A stretch of 64,000 nucleotides of DNA from Felis catus (Eukaryota): assembly GCF_018350175.1 (NCBI RefSeq), contig NC_058368.1:94800001-94864000 (forward strand), read 5' to 3'. The notes beneath the pieces are model-generated. The model ran no database searches. It was not told the DNA's origin and was given only the letters and a program-made list of their open reading frames with translations. This document shows positions 12,688-24,678 of this stretch, one piece after another; position 1 is the stretch's first letter; each line of letters begins with the position of its first letter. A program made the position numbers and the translations under genes.

Positions 12688-14572
12688 TAGTTTCAGTTAT
12701 GCAACATTAGTGATCCCCTTTTTGTACATTACAAAGTGATCACCATGATAAATCGAGCTACCATCTGTCACCATACATAATTAGAACATATTATTAACTA
12801 TATTCCCTATGCTGTACATAGTATTCCTGTGTCTTACTTATTTTATAAATGAAAGTTTTTTGTACCTTTTAATCCCCTTTCCCTGTTTCACCTACCCCTC
12901 CCCTCTCTGCCCACTGGCGATCACCAGATTGTCCTCTGTATCTATGAGTCTCTTTCTGTTTGTTCGTTTGTTTTAGTTTTTATATTCCACTTATAAGTGA
13001 AATTACATACTATTTGCCTTTCTGTTTGACTTATTTCACTTACCATAATACCCTCTAGGCCCATCCATGTTTTCAAAAAAAGCAAGATTTCATTGTTTTT
13101 TATGAGTAATATTCCCTGGTGAATATATATACACCATATCTTCTCCATTCATCTGTTGATGGATCATTCATCTGATGATGGCTATTATAAATAATGTTCA
13201 GTGAACATAGTTGTGAATGTATCTCTTCAGATTGGTGATTTGTTTTTTGTTGGGTTGTTTTTTTTTTTTTTTTCCATAAACTTCCAGAATTGGATTTACT
13301 AGACCATAGCAAATGGTGGGTCTATTTTTAATTTTTTGAGGAAACTTCATACTGTTTTCTGTTGAGGCTGCACCAATTTATATTTCCACCAACAGTGCAT
13401 GAGGGTTCCCTTTTCTCCTCATCCTCACCAACACTTGTTGTCTCTTGTCTTTTTGTTAATGGCCATTCTGACAAGTCGTGAGGTGGTATTTCGTTGTGGT
13501 TTTGATTTGCATTTCCCTGATGACTAGTGATGTTGAGCATCTTTTCATGCGTCTGTAGGCCATCTGGAGAAATGTCTATTCTGTTCCTCTGCCCATTTTT
13601 TAATCATAATGTTTGGGGTTTTGCTGGTGGTTGTGTGAGTTTTTTTTATATGTTTTGGTTATTAACCCCTTGTCAGTTATATCATTTGCAGTATCTTCTC
13701 TCACTCAGTAGCTTGCTTTTTGTTGTTGTTGTTGATGGTTTCCTTGACCGTACAAAATCTTTGTAGTTTGATGTGGTCCCATTTGCCTACTTTTGCTCTT
13801 ACTGCCCTTGCATGGGGAGACAGAGCCAAAATAATAATGCTCAGACTGATTTCTAAGAGCTTACTGCCTGTGTTTTCTCCTGGTAGTTTTATGATTTTCA
13901 GTCTTAATATTTAAGTCTTTAGTCTGTTTGGAGTTTATTTTTGTATATGGTGTAAGAAGGTGGTCCAGTTTTATTCTTTAGCATGAAGTTGTCCTGGTTC
14001 CCCAACACCATTTATTGAAGAGACTGTCTTTCCTCTGTTGTATGCCCTTGACTCCTTTTTTGAAGACTAATTGACTGTACAAGCATAGTATTTCTGGCCT
14101 CTCCATTCTGTTCTGTTTATGTATGTGTCTACTTACGTGCCACTGCCATGCTGGGTTGATGACTACAGCTTTGTACTATATCTTGATATCTGGGATTGTG
14201 ATACTTCTAGTTCCATTTCTTATTCAAGATTGCTTTAAGTTATTTGGGGTCTTTTTTGGTTCCATACAAATTTTAGGATTGTTTGTTCTGTTTTTGTGAA
14301 AGGTGCCATTGATATTTTGATAGGAATTGCATTGAACCTGCAGATCGCTTTGGGTAATAACATTTCAATGATGTTATTTCTTCCAATCCATGAGCAAGAA
14401 CATCTTTACATTTATTTGTGTCATTTCCAATTTCTTTCATCAATGTGTTGTAGTTCTTAGAGTACAGCTCTTTTACCTCCTTGATTAGATTTATTACTAG
14501 GTATTTTATTCCTTTTGAAGCAATTGTGAATAGTATTGTTTTTTAAATTTCTCTTTCTGTTATTTTGTTGTA

Positions 14573-14780
14573 TTTTTTTTTTATTACAATTTATTGTTGA
14601 GAGTGATAGAGCACAAGCAGGGGAGGGGCAGAGAGAGAGAGAGAGCCACAGAATCTGAAGTAGGCCCCAGGCTCTGAGCTGTCCGCACAGGGCCCAATGC
14701 AGGGCTTGAACTCACAAACTGTGAGATCATGTCCTATGCCAAAGTTGGATGCTTACCCAACTGAGCCACCGAGGGGCCCC
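14573..14780 (-). mobile_element. CanSINE within L1
   Basis: TSD-like tctg(t/a)tattttgttgta. Confidence 0.9.
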
Positions 14781-17700
14781 TCTGATATTTTGTTGTAATT
14801 GTATAGATTACAATTTATATATAGTACGTAAGTTATACAATTACATTTACGCATATTGTATATACAGACTCATATGTTAATTTTGTATCCTTCAATTTTA
14901 TTGAATTTATTAGCTCTAATAGTTTTTTTGGTGGAGTCTTTTATTAAGGTTCTATATATTTAGTATCATGTCATCTGCTAATAGTGAGAGTTTTACATCT
15001 TCTTTTTCAATTTGGATGCTTTTTATTCCTTTTTCTTGTACAAATACTTTGGCTAGAACTTCTAATACTGTGTTGAATAAAAGTGGCTAGAGTGGCATCC
15101 TTGGCTCTTACTGATCTTAACAGGAAAAGCTATCAGCTTTTCACCACTGAGTAAGATGTTTACTGTGGGTCTTTCATAGGTACATTCCCTCTGTATCCAC
15201 TCTGTTGGGACTTTTTATCATACATATATGTTGAATTTTATCTAATACATCTCCTGCACCTATTGAGATGATCCTATGATTTTTATCCTTTTTTGTTAGT
15301 GTGGTGTACCACACTGATTAATTGGTGATGTTCAACCATCTTTGCATTCTGGGAATAAGTTCTACCTGACCATGGCGTGTGATCCTTTTAATGTATGGTT
15401 AAAATCAGTTGCTAATATGTTGTTGAGGATTTTTGTATCAATGTTCCTCAGGGATAATGGCCTGTAGTGTTCTTTTTTTATGGTGGCTTTGTCTGATTTT
15501 AGTATGTGGGTAATGCTGGCCTCACAGAAGCATTGTCTGGAAGAATTCCTTCTTCCTTTTCTTGGAATAGTTTCAGAAGGGTAGGCATTAACTCTTCTTT
15601 AAATATTTGGTAGAATTCACCTGTGAAGCTATCAGGTCCTGGACTTTTGTTTCTAGGGAGGTTTTTTTGTTTTGTTTATTTTTTTACTGATTGAATTTCA
15701 ATACTAGTCATGAGTCAACATATTCTATTTCTTCTGGACTGAGTCTTGGAAGATTGTATGTTTCTAGGAATTTACCCATTTGTTCTAGGTTATCCCATTT
15801 TTTGGCATATAATTGTTTGTAGTAGTGTCTTATGATCCTGTGTATTTCTGCAGAATTGGTTGTAATTTCTCCCCTTTCCTTTCTGATTTTATTTATTTGG
15901 GCCCTCTTTTTTTTTCTTGAGGAGTCTGGCTAAAAGTTTAACAATTTTGTTTGTCTTTTCAAAGAACTAGCTCTTAGTTTCGTTGATTTTTTTTTTTGTC
16001 TCTATTTCATGTATTTCCACTTTGATATTTATTATTTTCTTCCTTATACTAACTTTGGGTTTTGCTTGTTCTCTTTCTAGTTCCTTTAGGTGTAAGGTTA
16101 GATTGTTTGTCTTAAATTTTTTCTCGTTTCTTAGGATGGGTATGTATTGCCATAAACTTCCCTCTTAAAGTACTTTTCCTGTGTCCCATAGATTTTGAAC
16201 TGTTGTGTTCCCATCTTTATTTGTCTCATGGTATTTATTTATTCTTTCTCTGTTGTCTCATTGTTTGTTTATTATCATGTTGTTTAGCCTCCACATGTTT
16301 ATGGTTTTTGTAGTTCTCTTCTTGTCATTGATTTTATTTTCATACCATTATGGTAGGAAAAGATGCTTGATATGATTTCAGTCTTCTTAAATTTATTAAG
16401 ACTTGTTTTGTGACCTAACATGTAACCTTTCCTACAACATGTTCCATGTTCACTTCAGAAGAATATGTATTCTGTTTTGGGGTAGAATGTTTTATATGTC
16501 AGTTAAGTCCAACTGATGTAATGTGTTGTTTAAGGCCAGTGTTTCTTATTGATTTTCTGTCTAGATGATCTATCCATCGAAGTAAGTGGGTTGCTAAAGT
16601 CCCCTACTATTATTGTATTACTGTCATTTTCTTCCTTTATGTCTGAATTTACTTCTTTTTTTTTTTTCCACCAAATCTAGTAAATGTTACCCATGAGCTA
16701 TCCTGGATAATAGCAGTATCCATTGATAGGCCTGTTAAACACACAAGCAATGAAAAGCCCTTCCAGAAATAATTTTTAGTACTTACCTAGTTATTATATT
16801 CCTCTGGAAGACAGTATAAACTCTCTGTTAGAATTCTCATTTTTTTAAATTCTTTTAACTTAAAATATAGTTTGCCTTATATGTAAATATCTTTTGTATC
16901 TAATTACTGGAAGAATGGGGATATAATGTTCTCATAAACTTTTTCCTAAACATTTGACTATGTAAAAAGTGAGGCACAGTACTATCTAAAGATGTGTATA
17001 TATATGCACACATATGAAAAATACACATGTGTGATTTAGAGGTATGTAGTTCAAGTTTAAAATACTTACCATATATGATTGACAAGATGACAGTGCATTG
17101 TGATTATTTGCCACTGTAGTTTTATGTCACAAAGATATTTCTCTTCTTATTTACTATGACATAACAGGCTACTTTTTATTATCCAGACTATCTTTCTGAC
17201 TCTTTAGGGGAAAAAAAAATAGGACCAAATAGTCAAGTCTCATTATCTATTGACAGTGATAGACAGGAAGCACATGGATATTTAAACCCATTGTCAAATA
17301 CAGCCTATAAAACTACAGTAGCCAGGATTTTCTACATAGTCCTTCTGAAAGCCTATTGTTAGAGCTGCTACTGATAGCTGAGATGGCATTTTTGAATTTC
17401 AGTTTCATTTTCTCTTCTTGCCTTAACAAAGATATTAATGAACCATGAGTTGAGTCAAAGTCTTGGAGTGTTTACAGAGCTAAACAATCCAAGCACAAGC
17501 ACCCCTGAAATACCAATAATTGGACTGACATTTAACTTAATGCATTTCTTACATTTTTGTTGGGTCTGGACTGCCACTGATTTGTGACCGGACATGAAAC
17601 TAAAGAGAAGTTGTTTGAAAACATGCTTCCTTAGTGAAAAGAATCTTCCATACATTCTCTGCAGAATGAGCAATGCAGGTAGAGAGTTGATTGTGGTTTG

Positions 17701-18942
17701 ATAAAGCACATTTGTGACTTTCTAATTACATTCTCAAATAAAGCTCAGAGTGTGTTTTCCTCTGAAAAATGTCACGGTCCAAGGAAAGATTTGACCACAC
17801 CTGTTCCTAATATGTGCGGGACCTAAAGCATGAGTAAAAATGGAGGCCATGGGCCATATACCGAAATTTAATGTCATAAATAAAGCTCTCAAACTATTAA
17901 ATAGATGCAACCTATGCTCTTTTTGTGATAATATACCTTCAGTAATGTCCCAGAAGGAAAGATTTGAATTTAGAATTCTTGGACTCCATGAAGTTCATGT
18001 CAGAGCATGACATTATGGAATTGAGTTTTAGCCAGCCCCCTTTCCTTTTTGTCCTACACAACTAAATTCCATCATGACCCCCCCCCTAAAACAACTGCCC
18101 TTGGCCACCCCTTGGGTAAACATAGCTTCTCAAATTCTAAGGATAATCTCTATACACGTAGATATGCAACACTTAAAACCATTCCTGTATTCTCCAGAAT
18201 TCTCCTGGTCTTCCCTAAATCATTGCAGGTTGAATGGGAAATGATAATGATAATGGCTACCAGTGATTATACCTACCAGACATCAGTATAAGTTCTTTGC
18301 ATATTTTATCTCAGGTATCAGCATTTTCCCTTCTTGGGGCTAAGTATTTCAATAAACCAAGACAATATATACATATCTCTCCCAATGTATACATATATGT
18401 ATACATACATACACATACTCACATGTGTGTGTGTATGTACACACATCATTTTAGCTATTGTTATTTCAAGAAGTATGTTTTCAAAGTTGCCTTCCTTCCC
18501 TTTCCTCAGTGTAACATTTTAGAAAAACACTACCTTGAAACAAAGCAAAATTCAGGAAACAAGAACCTAGCTTGACCACTACCTGTAAGTATCCATACAG
18601 CAAATCACTTGTTCACATACTAATTCAGTCTTCAGTCCCTCCTAACAGTTGGATTGTGGAGAGAGTAATGAACTTGCCTTGATTTTCCATAGGGTAAACT
18701 GAGGCCTGCCCTCTCCCTTTAACTGCTGGAAAGAAATACAGCACTGCTAGATAATGCTGATCTCAACCTCTGGGGTTTAATGATGTGTGGCAGTTAGCCT
18801 ACTTTTTTTTTTTTTTTTTAATCATTTAAAGGATGAGGCTTTAAAGCAGCTTTGTGTCCTTATTCATTTTAAAGTTTAACTCTTCTAGTAGGTATTACTA
18901 GAGAAAAGGAAGAAGTGTGGAATTTGATCCTCTGTGCCTTGG

Positions 18943-19164
18943 CTTTTTTTTTTTTTTTTTAACATTTATTTATTTTTGAGACAGAGAGAGACAGAGCATG
19001 AACGGGGGAGGGGCAGAGAGACAGGGGGAGACACAGAATCGGAAGCAGGCTCCAGGCTCTGAGCCATCAGCCCAGAGCCTGACGTGGGGCTCGAACTCAC
19101 GGACCTCGAGATCGTGACCTGAGCTGAAGTCGGACGCTCAACCGACTGAGCCACCCAGGCGCTC
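18943..19164 (-). mobile_element. Young felid CanSINE
   Basis: CpG-rich body; TSD gtgc(c/g)ttggcttttt. Confidence 0.95.
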
Positions 19165-19297
19165 CGGTGCGTTGGCTTTTTTGAAAAAGGAAATGCTGTA
19201 TCTGAAGATAGCCCCATCGACTCTCCTGGGGTGTGCTGGAGTGAACTTGTTTTGAAAATGCTGGCTTTGTCAACAGAAATGGAAATCCTTAAAACCA

Positions 19298-19520
19298 GGA
19301 TGCCTCGGTGGCTCACTTGGTTGAGCCTCTGACTCTTGGTTTTGGCTCAGATCATGGTCTCATGGTTTGCGAGCTTGAGCCCTGCATCAGGTTCTGCGCT
19401 GGCAGCACAGAGCCTGCTTGGGATTCTCTTTCTCTCCTTCTCTCTGCCCCTACCCTGCTTGTGCTGTCTCTGTCTCTTTCAAAATAAATAAGTAAATAAA
19501 CTTAAAAAAAGAAATCAGGA
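19298..19520 (+). mobile_element. CanSINE
   Basis: Head, body, A-tail. Confidence 0.9.
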
Positions 19521-19681
19521 AAAAAAAAACCAACAGATAAAACAAAGGGAAAAAAAGTAGCCATAGAAACTGAGAAGTAGAATTAAGAGAATGTTGGAAA
19601 TGATCACAAGCGATTAAGTACATGAATTAATGTTGTTTTCAACATTTGTCCAGTTCTTCAGTTCCTGGTGCCTGTTTTGGG

Positions 19682-19897
19682 TTTTTTTTTTTTTTAATGT
19701 TATTTGTTTTTGAGAGAGAGAGAGAAAAAGAGTACGAGCAGGGAGGGGCAGAGAGAGAGGGAGTCATAGAATCTGAGGCAGGCTCCAGGCTCCAAGCTGT
19801 CAGCATAGAGCCCGACACGGGGCTCGAACCCTTAACAGTGAGATCAAGACCTGAGCTGAAGTCAGTCACTTAGCTAACTGAGCCACCCAGGTGCCTT
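19682..19897 (-). mobile_element. CanSINE
   Basis: TSD-like cctggtgcc. Confidence 0.9.
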
Positions 19898-19989
19898 CCC
19901 TGGTGCCAGTCTGGTCAGAGCGGGTAGCACGTCCTTGGCTTTCTCTCCTTATTAACTTTCAGTTCCCAAAGGCACCTTGAGTAAAGAGT

Positions 19990-20200
19990 AAAGAGACTCT
20001 TAAGTACAGAGAACAAACTAAGAGTTGTTGCAGAGGAGGTGGGGGATGAGCTAAATGCGTGATGGGCATTAAAAGGGCACTTTTTGCGATGAGCACGGGG
20101 TGTCCTATGTAAGAGAGGAATCACTGGGTTCTGCTCCTGAAACCAAGACTACACTGTTTGTTAACTAACTTGAATTTAAATTAAAAACAAATAAAAATAA
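19990..20200 (+). mobile_element. Short carnivore L1 3' end fragment
   Basis: acagagaacaaactaagagttg...gatgagcacgggg...cctgaaacc...gttaactaacttgaatttaaa plus A-tail. Confidence 0.85.
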
Positions 20201-20977
20201 AGACATGTTTAGCCGATCTTCAGAAACTACTCAAAGTGATGCCTCAGTTTACAAAACGAACCAAAAGTAGCTTGGGGTGGGCTGGATTACCGCTGCGCTT
20301 TGCTGCACCATCACACGTACGTGCACAGTATTCCTTGGTGCCCACAGCACCCAGGAAGGTTCCCCGTCACGTCTGGAGCAAAAGGAAAGAGCGTGTTTGA
20401 GTCTCCGCTTTGAAGCTGTCATGTTAATTGCGAACTTTTGCTGAGTCCGTACATTAGGAAAGGTAACCATCTCAGCATGTTAAGATCATAACTGCTAGAT
20501 TAATGCGTAGAGGCAGCAGCTGTGCTGACGGGAGGCATTAATGCCTAGATGAGTTCAATCAGACGTGCCGCCTCCAATGTCTTTGTGTGATGGTATTTAC
20601 TCGATTTCAAATGGACTGCTGAGAAAAATGAAATACAATCTCACGTATCTCGGTCTAGAAAAAAAAAAAAAAAGATAATGAAATTGTTCTCTTGCCGGCT
20701 TATATTTTATTAACCTCTGTGGAGTCAACTTTAAAGAACAGATGTCCCTCTAGAGTTGAAACCTTTTGCTAAAAGTGGAACATTATTAAGTGCAGCTGTG
20801 AGTTCTAGGAACAGTGGGGTTGAGTAGAGCAGGTGAGTGTTTTGTTTTGTTTTTTTTTTAAACCACTCAGAGAATAATAGGGCATCTTCTGGGGCCAGCC
20901 AGAGAGAGAAAGAAAAAAAAATGCAATGCAAATTGCGTACAACTGAATTCTTTCTTCTTTCTTGTTCTTCCTTGCAG

Positions 20978-21037
20978 AGCATGGAGAAAGTTCTTGTGGA
21001 ATTCAGTCACCAGGAGTTGTTTGATTTCTATAACAAG
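20978..21037 (+). CDS. COMMD10: COMM domain-containing protein 10, penultimate coding exon (60 bp, phase 0/0)
   Basis: Translates SMEKVLVEFSHQELFDFYNK, matching recalled human COMMD10 SLEKVLVEFSHKELFDFYNK; strong polypyrimidine tract ...ttcttccttgcag acceptor; AAG|gtctgt donor. Confidence 0.96.
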
Positions 21038-21540
21038 GTCTGTATTTTTCAAATAATTTCTGCTGTGTGGGGTTTTGCATAATGTTTCCTTCATTTTTAT
21101 GAATCCTTATTTTTAAATGCCCTATTATGGCGCTAAGTTCTTTAAACATCCCTTGTAAACACCTTATGTTTCACAGCAGGAAGCTTTGTGGAGATGGAGA
21201 GAATCTGACAGCCTAAATCAGGAAGAAAGTGGAAATGGTTTTAATTAAGGCAATAGGATTATTACTTTAATGTAAAGCATTAAGGAATGAACTATGTGGT
21301 ACCTAGCCACACTGGCACTTTATAATTTAACATTAAATATTTTAATTCTGGGCCCAAGGAAAAAGGGAGGTGCCAAACTGTAAAGATTTAACTTTGAGTG
21401 CATGTTATGTTTCTTTACAAATACTGACTTTGTAATCCAGGGAAATGTACTCCCCCTCCTCCTCTTCCCCACCTTCAGAAATCTTGTGTAGTGATCACTT
21501 AAATTAAAACAGCTGAGTATATTTAAAACTGTATTTACCC

Positions 21541-21756
21541 TTTTTTTTTTAAGTGTATTTTTTTTTTATTTTTGAGAGAGAGAGAGAGAGAACGAGTGGA
21601 GGGGCAAAGAGAGAGAAGGAGACACAGAATCTGAAGCAGGGTCCAGGCTCCGAGCCATCAGCACAGAGCCTTATGTGGGGGCTCAAACTCATGAACTGTG
21701 GGATCATGACCTGAGCCAAGTTGGATGCTCAACAGACTGAACCACCCAGGTGCCCC
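21541..21756 (-). mobile_element. CanSINE in the last COMMD10 intron
   Basis: Reverse-complement element. Confidence 0.92.
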
Positions 21757-21758
21757 AG

Positions 21759-21975
21759 GTTTTTTTTTTTTTTTTTTTAATGTCTAGTTATTTTTGAGAG
21801 AGAGAGCGAGCACGCACAAATGGGGGCAGAGAGAGAGGAAGACACAGAATCTGAAGCGGGCTCCATGCTCCAAGCCATCGGCCCAGAGCCTGACGCGGGG
21901 CTCAAACTCACAAACTGTGAGGCCATGACCTGAGCCAAGTCGGATGCTTAACTGACTAAGCCACCCAGACACCCC
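21759..21975 (-). mobile_element. CanSINE in the last COMMD10 intron (tandem with the previous one)
   Basis: Reverse-complement element. Confidence 0.92.
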
Positions 21976-22215
21976 AAACCATGTTTAGAAATCCTCCTTT
22001 ACAAATTTGCAAACTTAAATTGCAGGCGTGAATTGTAATATCTTCACATAAGAAGAAAACTTTTCTGCCTGCTTCATCTGTTGCTGTGTAAATGGATTTA
22101 ATATGCACGGTTGCCACTGCCATTCTTTCCCTTCTATTTGCAAGTTTCTGAACAAACCTTCATAGCATTTCTCTGCTTTCAGCAACTTGTTCTCTTGTTT
22201 TATCTTTATAAATAG

Positions 22216-22254
22216 CTGGAGACCATACAAGCACAGCTGGATTCCCTGACGTGA
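22216..22254 (+). CDS. COMMD10: COMMD10 terminal coding exon portion
   Basis: ...tttataaatag acceptor then LETIQAQLDSLT-TGA, the recalled COMMD10 C-terminus; in frame with the preceding exon. Confidence 0.96.
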   Translation: METIQAQLDSLT

Positions 22255-22507
22255 TGTTCTCGAAGACTGGTTTCCCCATCACACTCTTGCCACCTCATCA
22301 TTCCGCCCTGAAGATAGACTGCCAGGTTGTGTTTTCAGAAGGATTCAGTAGCTTTCTTCTTGTAAATTACCCGGCTTATCACTTCTGAGAGAAATAACCG
22401 CCAAGGGAGATCATTGTTTCCAGAGCTTCTAGGACACATCCCCTCGTTCTTTGAACCAGCGGCAAACAGTTGTTAAGAATACTTTTGCTTTAAAGGAAAC
22501 AGCAATA

Positions 22508-22735
22508 GGGGTGCTTGGGTGGCTCATTTGGTTAAGCCTCCGATTTCCGCTCAGGTCATGATCTCACAGTTCCAAGTTCGAGCCCTGCGTCGGGCTCTCT
22601 GCTGACAGCTCAGAGCCTGGAGCCTGCTTCAGATTCTGTGTCTCCCTCTCTCTCTGCCCCTCCCCTGCTCATGCTCTGTCCGTCTCTCTCAAAAATAAAT
22701 AAAAACATTTTTTAAATTTTAAGGGAAAAAAAATA
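22508..22735 (+). mobile_element. CanSINE in the COMMD10 3'UTR (sense)
   Basis: TSD aaaggaaacagcaata / aaatgaaacagcagta. Confidence 0.95.
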
Positions 22736-23283
22736 AATGAAACAGCAGTAAATACCATACTGTTTTTATTGTCTTGTTTTTGCTTTATTGCCTGACCTGT
22801 TTATTTTTTACATTTTTGATGACACCTTTATGTATCAAGGAGGGTTCGTGGATAGTCCATGGATGCAAAGTATAATGTGTACCTCGGAATACAGAATGCG
22901 GCTATTTATATTAACAAAAGCAAGAACAGAACCAAATGCAATCAGAAACTTCCTTTTTCCTTGAATATAATGAGTATGTTTGGTTGGGAAGTAACATAGG
23001 AAAGAAATTTAAACTAGAGCTGGTTGTGGTACATCAGTTGATTCCAGTGTGAGCTTCTCTGTGCACTTTAATTTTTTCTCTGAGTGTAATGATTTAATAA
23101 TAGTCTAGGTTTTTGTGCTCTTTTCTTTGTACTGCAAGTTAATAATGATTCACTTCATAGTATGGAAGACAGATTCAGATCGTAAGTAAAAATAATTGTA
23201 GTGAGTGTGAAATATGGGTATCCTTAAAATTTTGAAACAGATACCTTTGACACTTTATTTCTGTAAATATGTTAATTTTAGTC

Positions 23284-23289
23284 AATAAA
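23284..23289 (+). terminator. Probable distal polyadenylation signal of COMMD10
   Basis: Canonical AATAAA about 1 kb after the stop, with downstream T/GT-rich tracts. Confidence 0.6.
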
Positions 23290-23517
23290 ATTTTTATGTT
23301 TTAGAATTAGTTGAAGTCCACAGTGTTTTATGCTTTGACTATATATAAATGTGAGTATGGTTGCCTCTAAAAGCAATACTATCAGTTGGATTTTTTATGA
23401 AATGAAATATCTGTTCTGTGTTGTTTCCAGAGAGACAGACAGAGGGAGAGGAGGAGAGGAGAAAATGATAGAGACTTAGAGATTAATTTGAGTCAAGCAT
23501 GACTTTCTGTATCATTA

Positions 23518-23718
23518 TTTTTTTAAGTTTATTTATTTATTTTGAGAGAGAGCATGAGCGGGGGAGGGGCAGAGAGAAAGGGAGAGAGAGAATCCCAAGC
23601 AGGCTCCATGCTGTCAGCTTGGAACTTGCTGTGGGACTCAAACTCATGAACAATGAGATCATGACCTGAGCCGAAGTCAAGAGCCGGACATTTAACTGAC
23701 TGAGCCACCCAAGTGCCC
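23518..23718 (-). mobile_element. CanSINE
   Basis: Reverse-complement element. Confidence 0.9.
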
Positions 23719-24507
23719 GTAAGCACAACTTTGTTCATATGAAGGAATTTGATTTCAGAAATGTCCTGTGGCTAAACAAACAGAGCCATCAGGATTAAAT
23801 GCATCTGCATAATACAAGACCCAGAAAGCCTTTCAAATAAATGTTCAGTATATGGAATTTATGCCTTTATTTATGTGTGCTATAATGTTGCTTAGAATTG
23901 GGAGTTTGGATTATGTCAGAAAGTAATTTATAGTTGCTGTCCATAGTTGATTAATTTGAAAAGTTTTTTTAACTTTAACTTCCATTGATAAGGTATCAGG
24001 AAGACATATTTATAATATAATGGCCTTTATTTCCATATCCAGCTTATGGGAGCCGCCTTATTTTTTTTATGCTGTGTTCTGCCACTTCCAGAGGGAACTA
24101 CCTGACTGCTTAAACATTTTGGTAAATATTCTTTCAGACTTCTTATATGCAACAAAACATACATCATCTCAAGTTAAATTTGTTAGGCCTTCCTGACAGT
24201 GACCATATGGCTAGGTAGAAGTTTTCATTGGTTTAATGGCCAATTTAACTCCCAGTGTAGGTACCTAAATTAAATGTGACATTCCAAAATGAAATTCTCG
24301 ATTAGTAGCTCATTTTACGCTCCCTAAAAGACCTGCTTTTATGCTCTCTAAAGAGTATATCTAAACCTGTACAAAAATGTGGTAGGTAGTTTTCTCTCCA
24401 TGAGTCTTGTACAAGAAAGTCTGACCAAAGGCATTGAAGAAAGGACAAGTAGAAGGTGTAATTCCAACTGAGAAGATAATTTCTTCCTGAAATATATTTT
24501 CAAAATA

Positions 24508-24678
24508 ATTTTTAACGTTTATTTATTTGAGAGAGAGAGAGAGAGACAGAATCTGAAGCAGGCTCCAGGCTCCAAGCTGTCAGCACACAACCCAGTATGG
24601 GGCTCGAACCCATGAACTGCGAGATCATGACCTGAGCCGAAGTCAGATGCTTCACCGACTGAACTACCCAGGCGCCCC
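24508..24678 (-). mobile_element. CanSINE with internal deletion
   Basis: TSD-like ttcctgaaat(a/g)tattt. Confidence 0.9.

Larger units (their letters stand above)
12300..16645 (-). mobile_element. 5'-truncated L1 (carnivore/L1MA-like), about 4.3 kb, degenerate ORF2 plus 3'UTR
   Basis: Continuous reverse-complement L1 3'UTR and ORF2 sequence through to the endonuclease region (ctagatgatctatccatcg...aagtcccctactattattg). Confidence 0.93.
1..20977 (+). other. COMMD10: Distal part of a long COMMD10 intron
   Basis: No upstream COMMD10 exon (LETVGWQLNLQ...) recognised in the window; the human orthologous intron is recalled as very long. Confidence 0.8.
22255..23310 (+). other. COMMD10: COMMD10 3'UTR (distal end approximate)
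   Basis: Follows the stop codon; AT-rich; AATAAA at 23284 followed by U/GU-rich sequence. Confidence 0.65.

Noticed and set aside
17790..18120. Possible old hAT-Tip100-type fossil
   Set aside because: Resemblance too weak to call without a database search.
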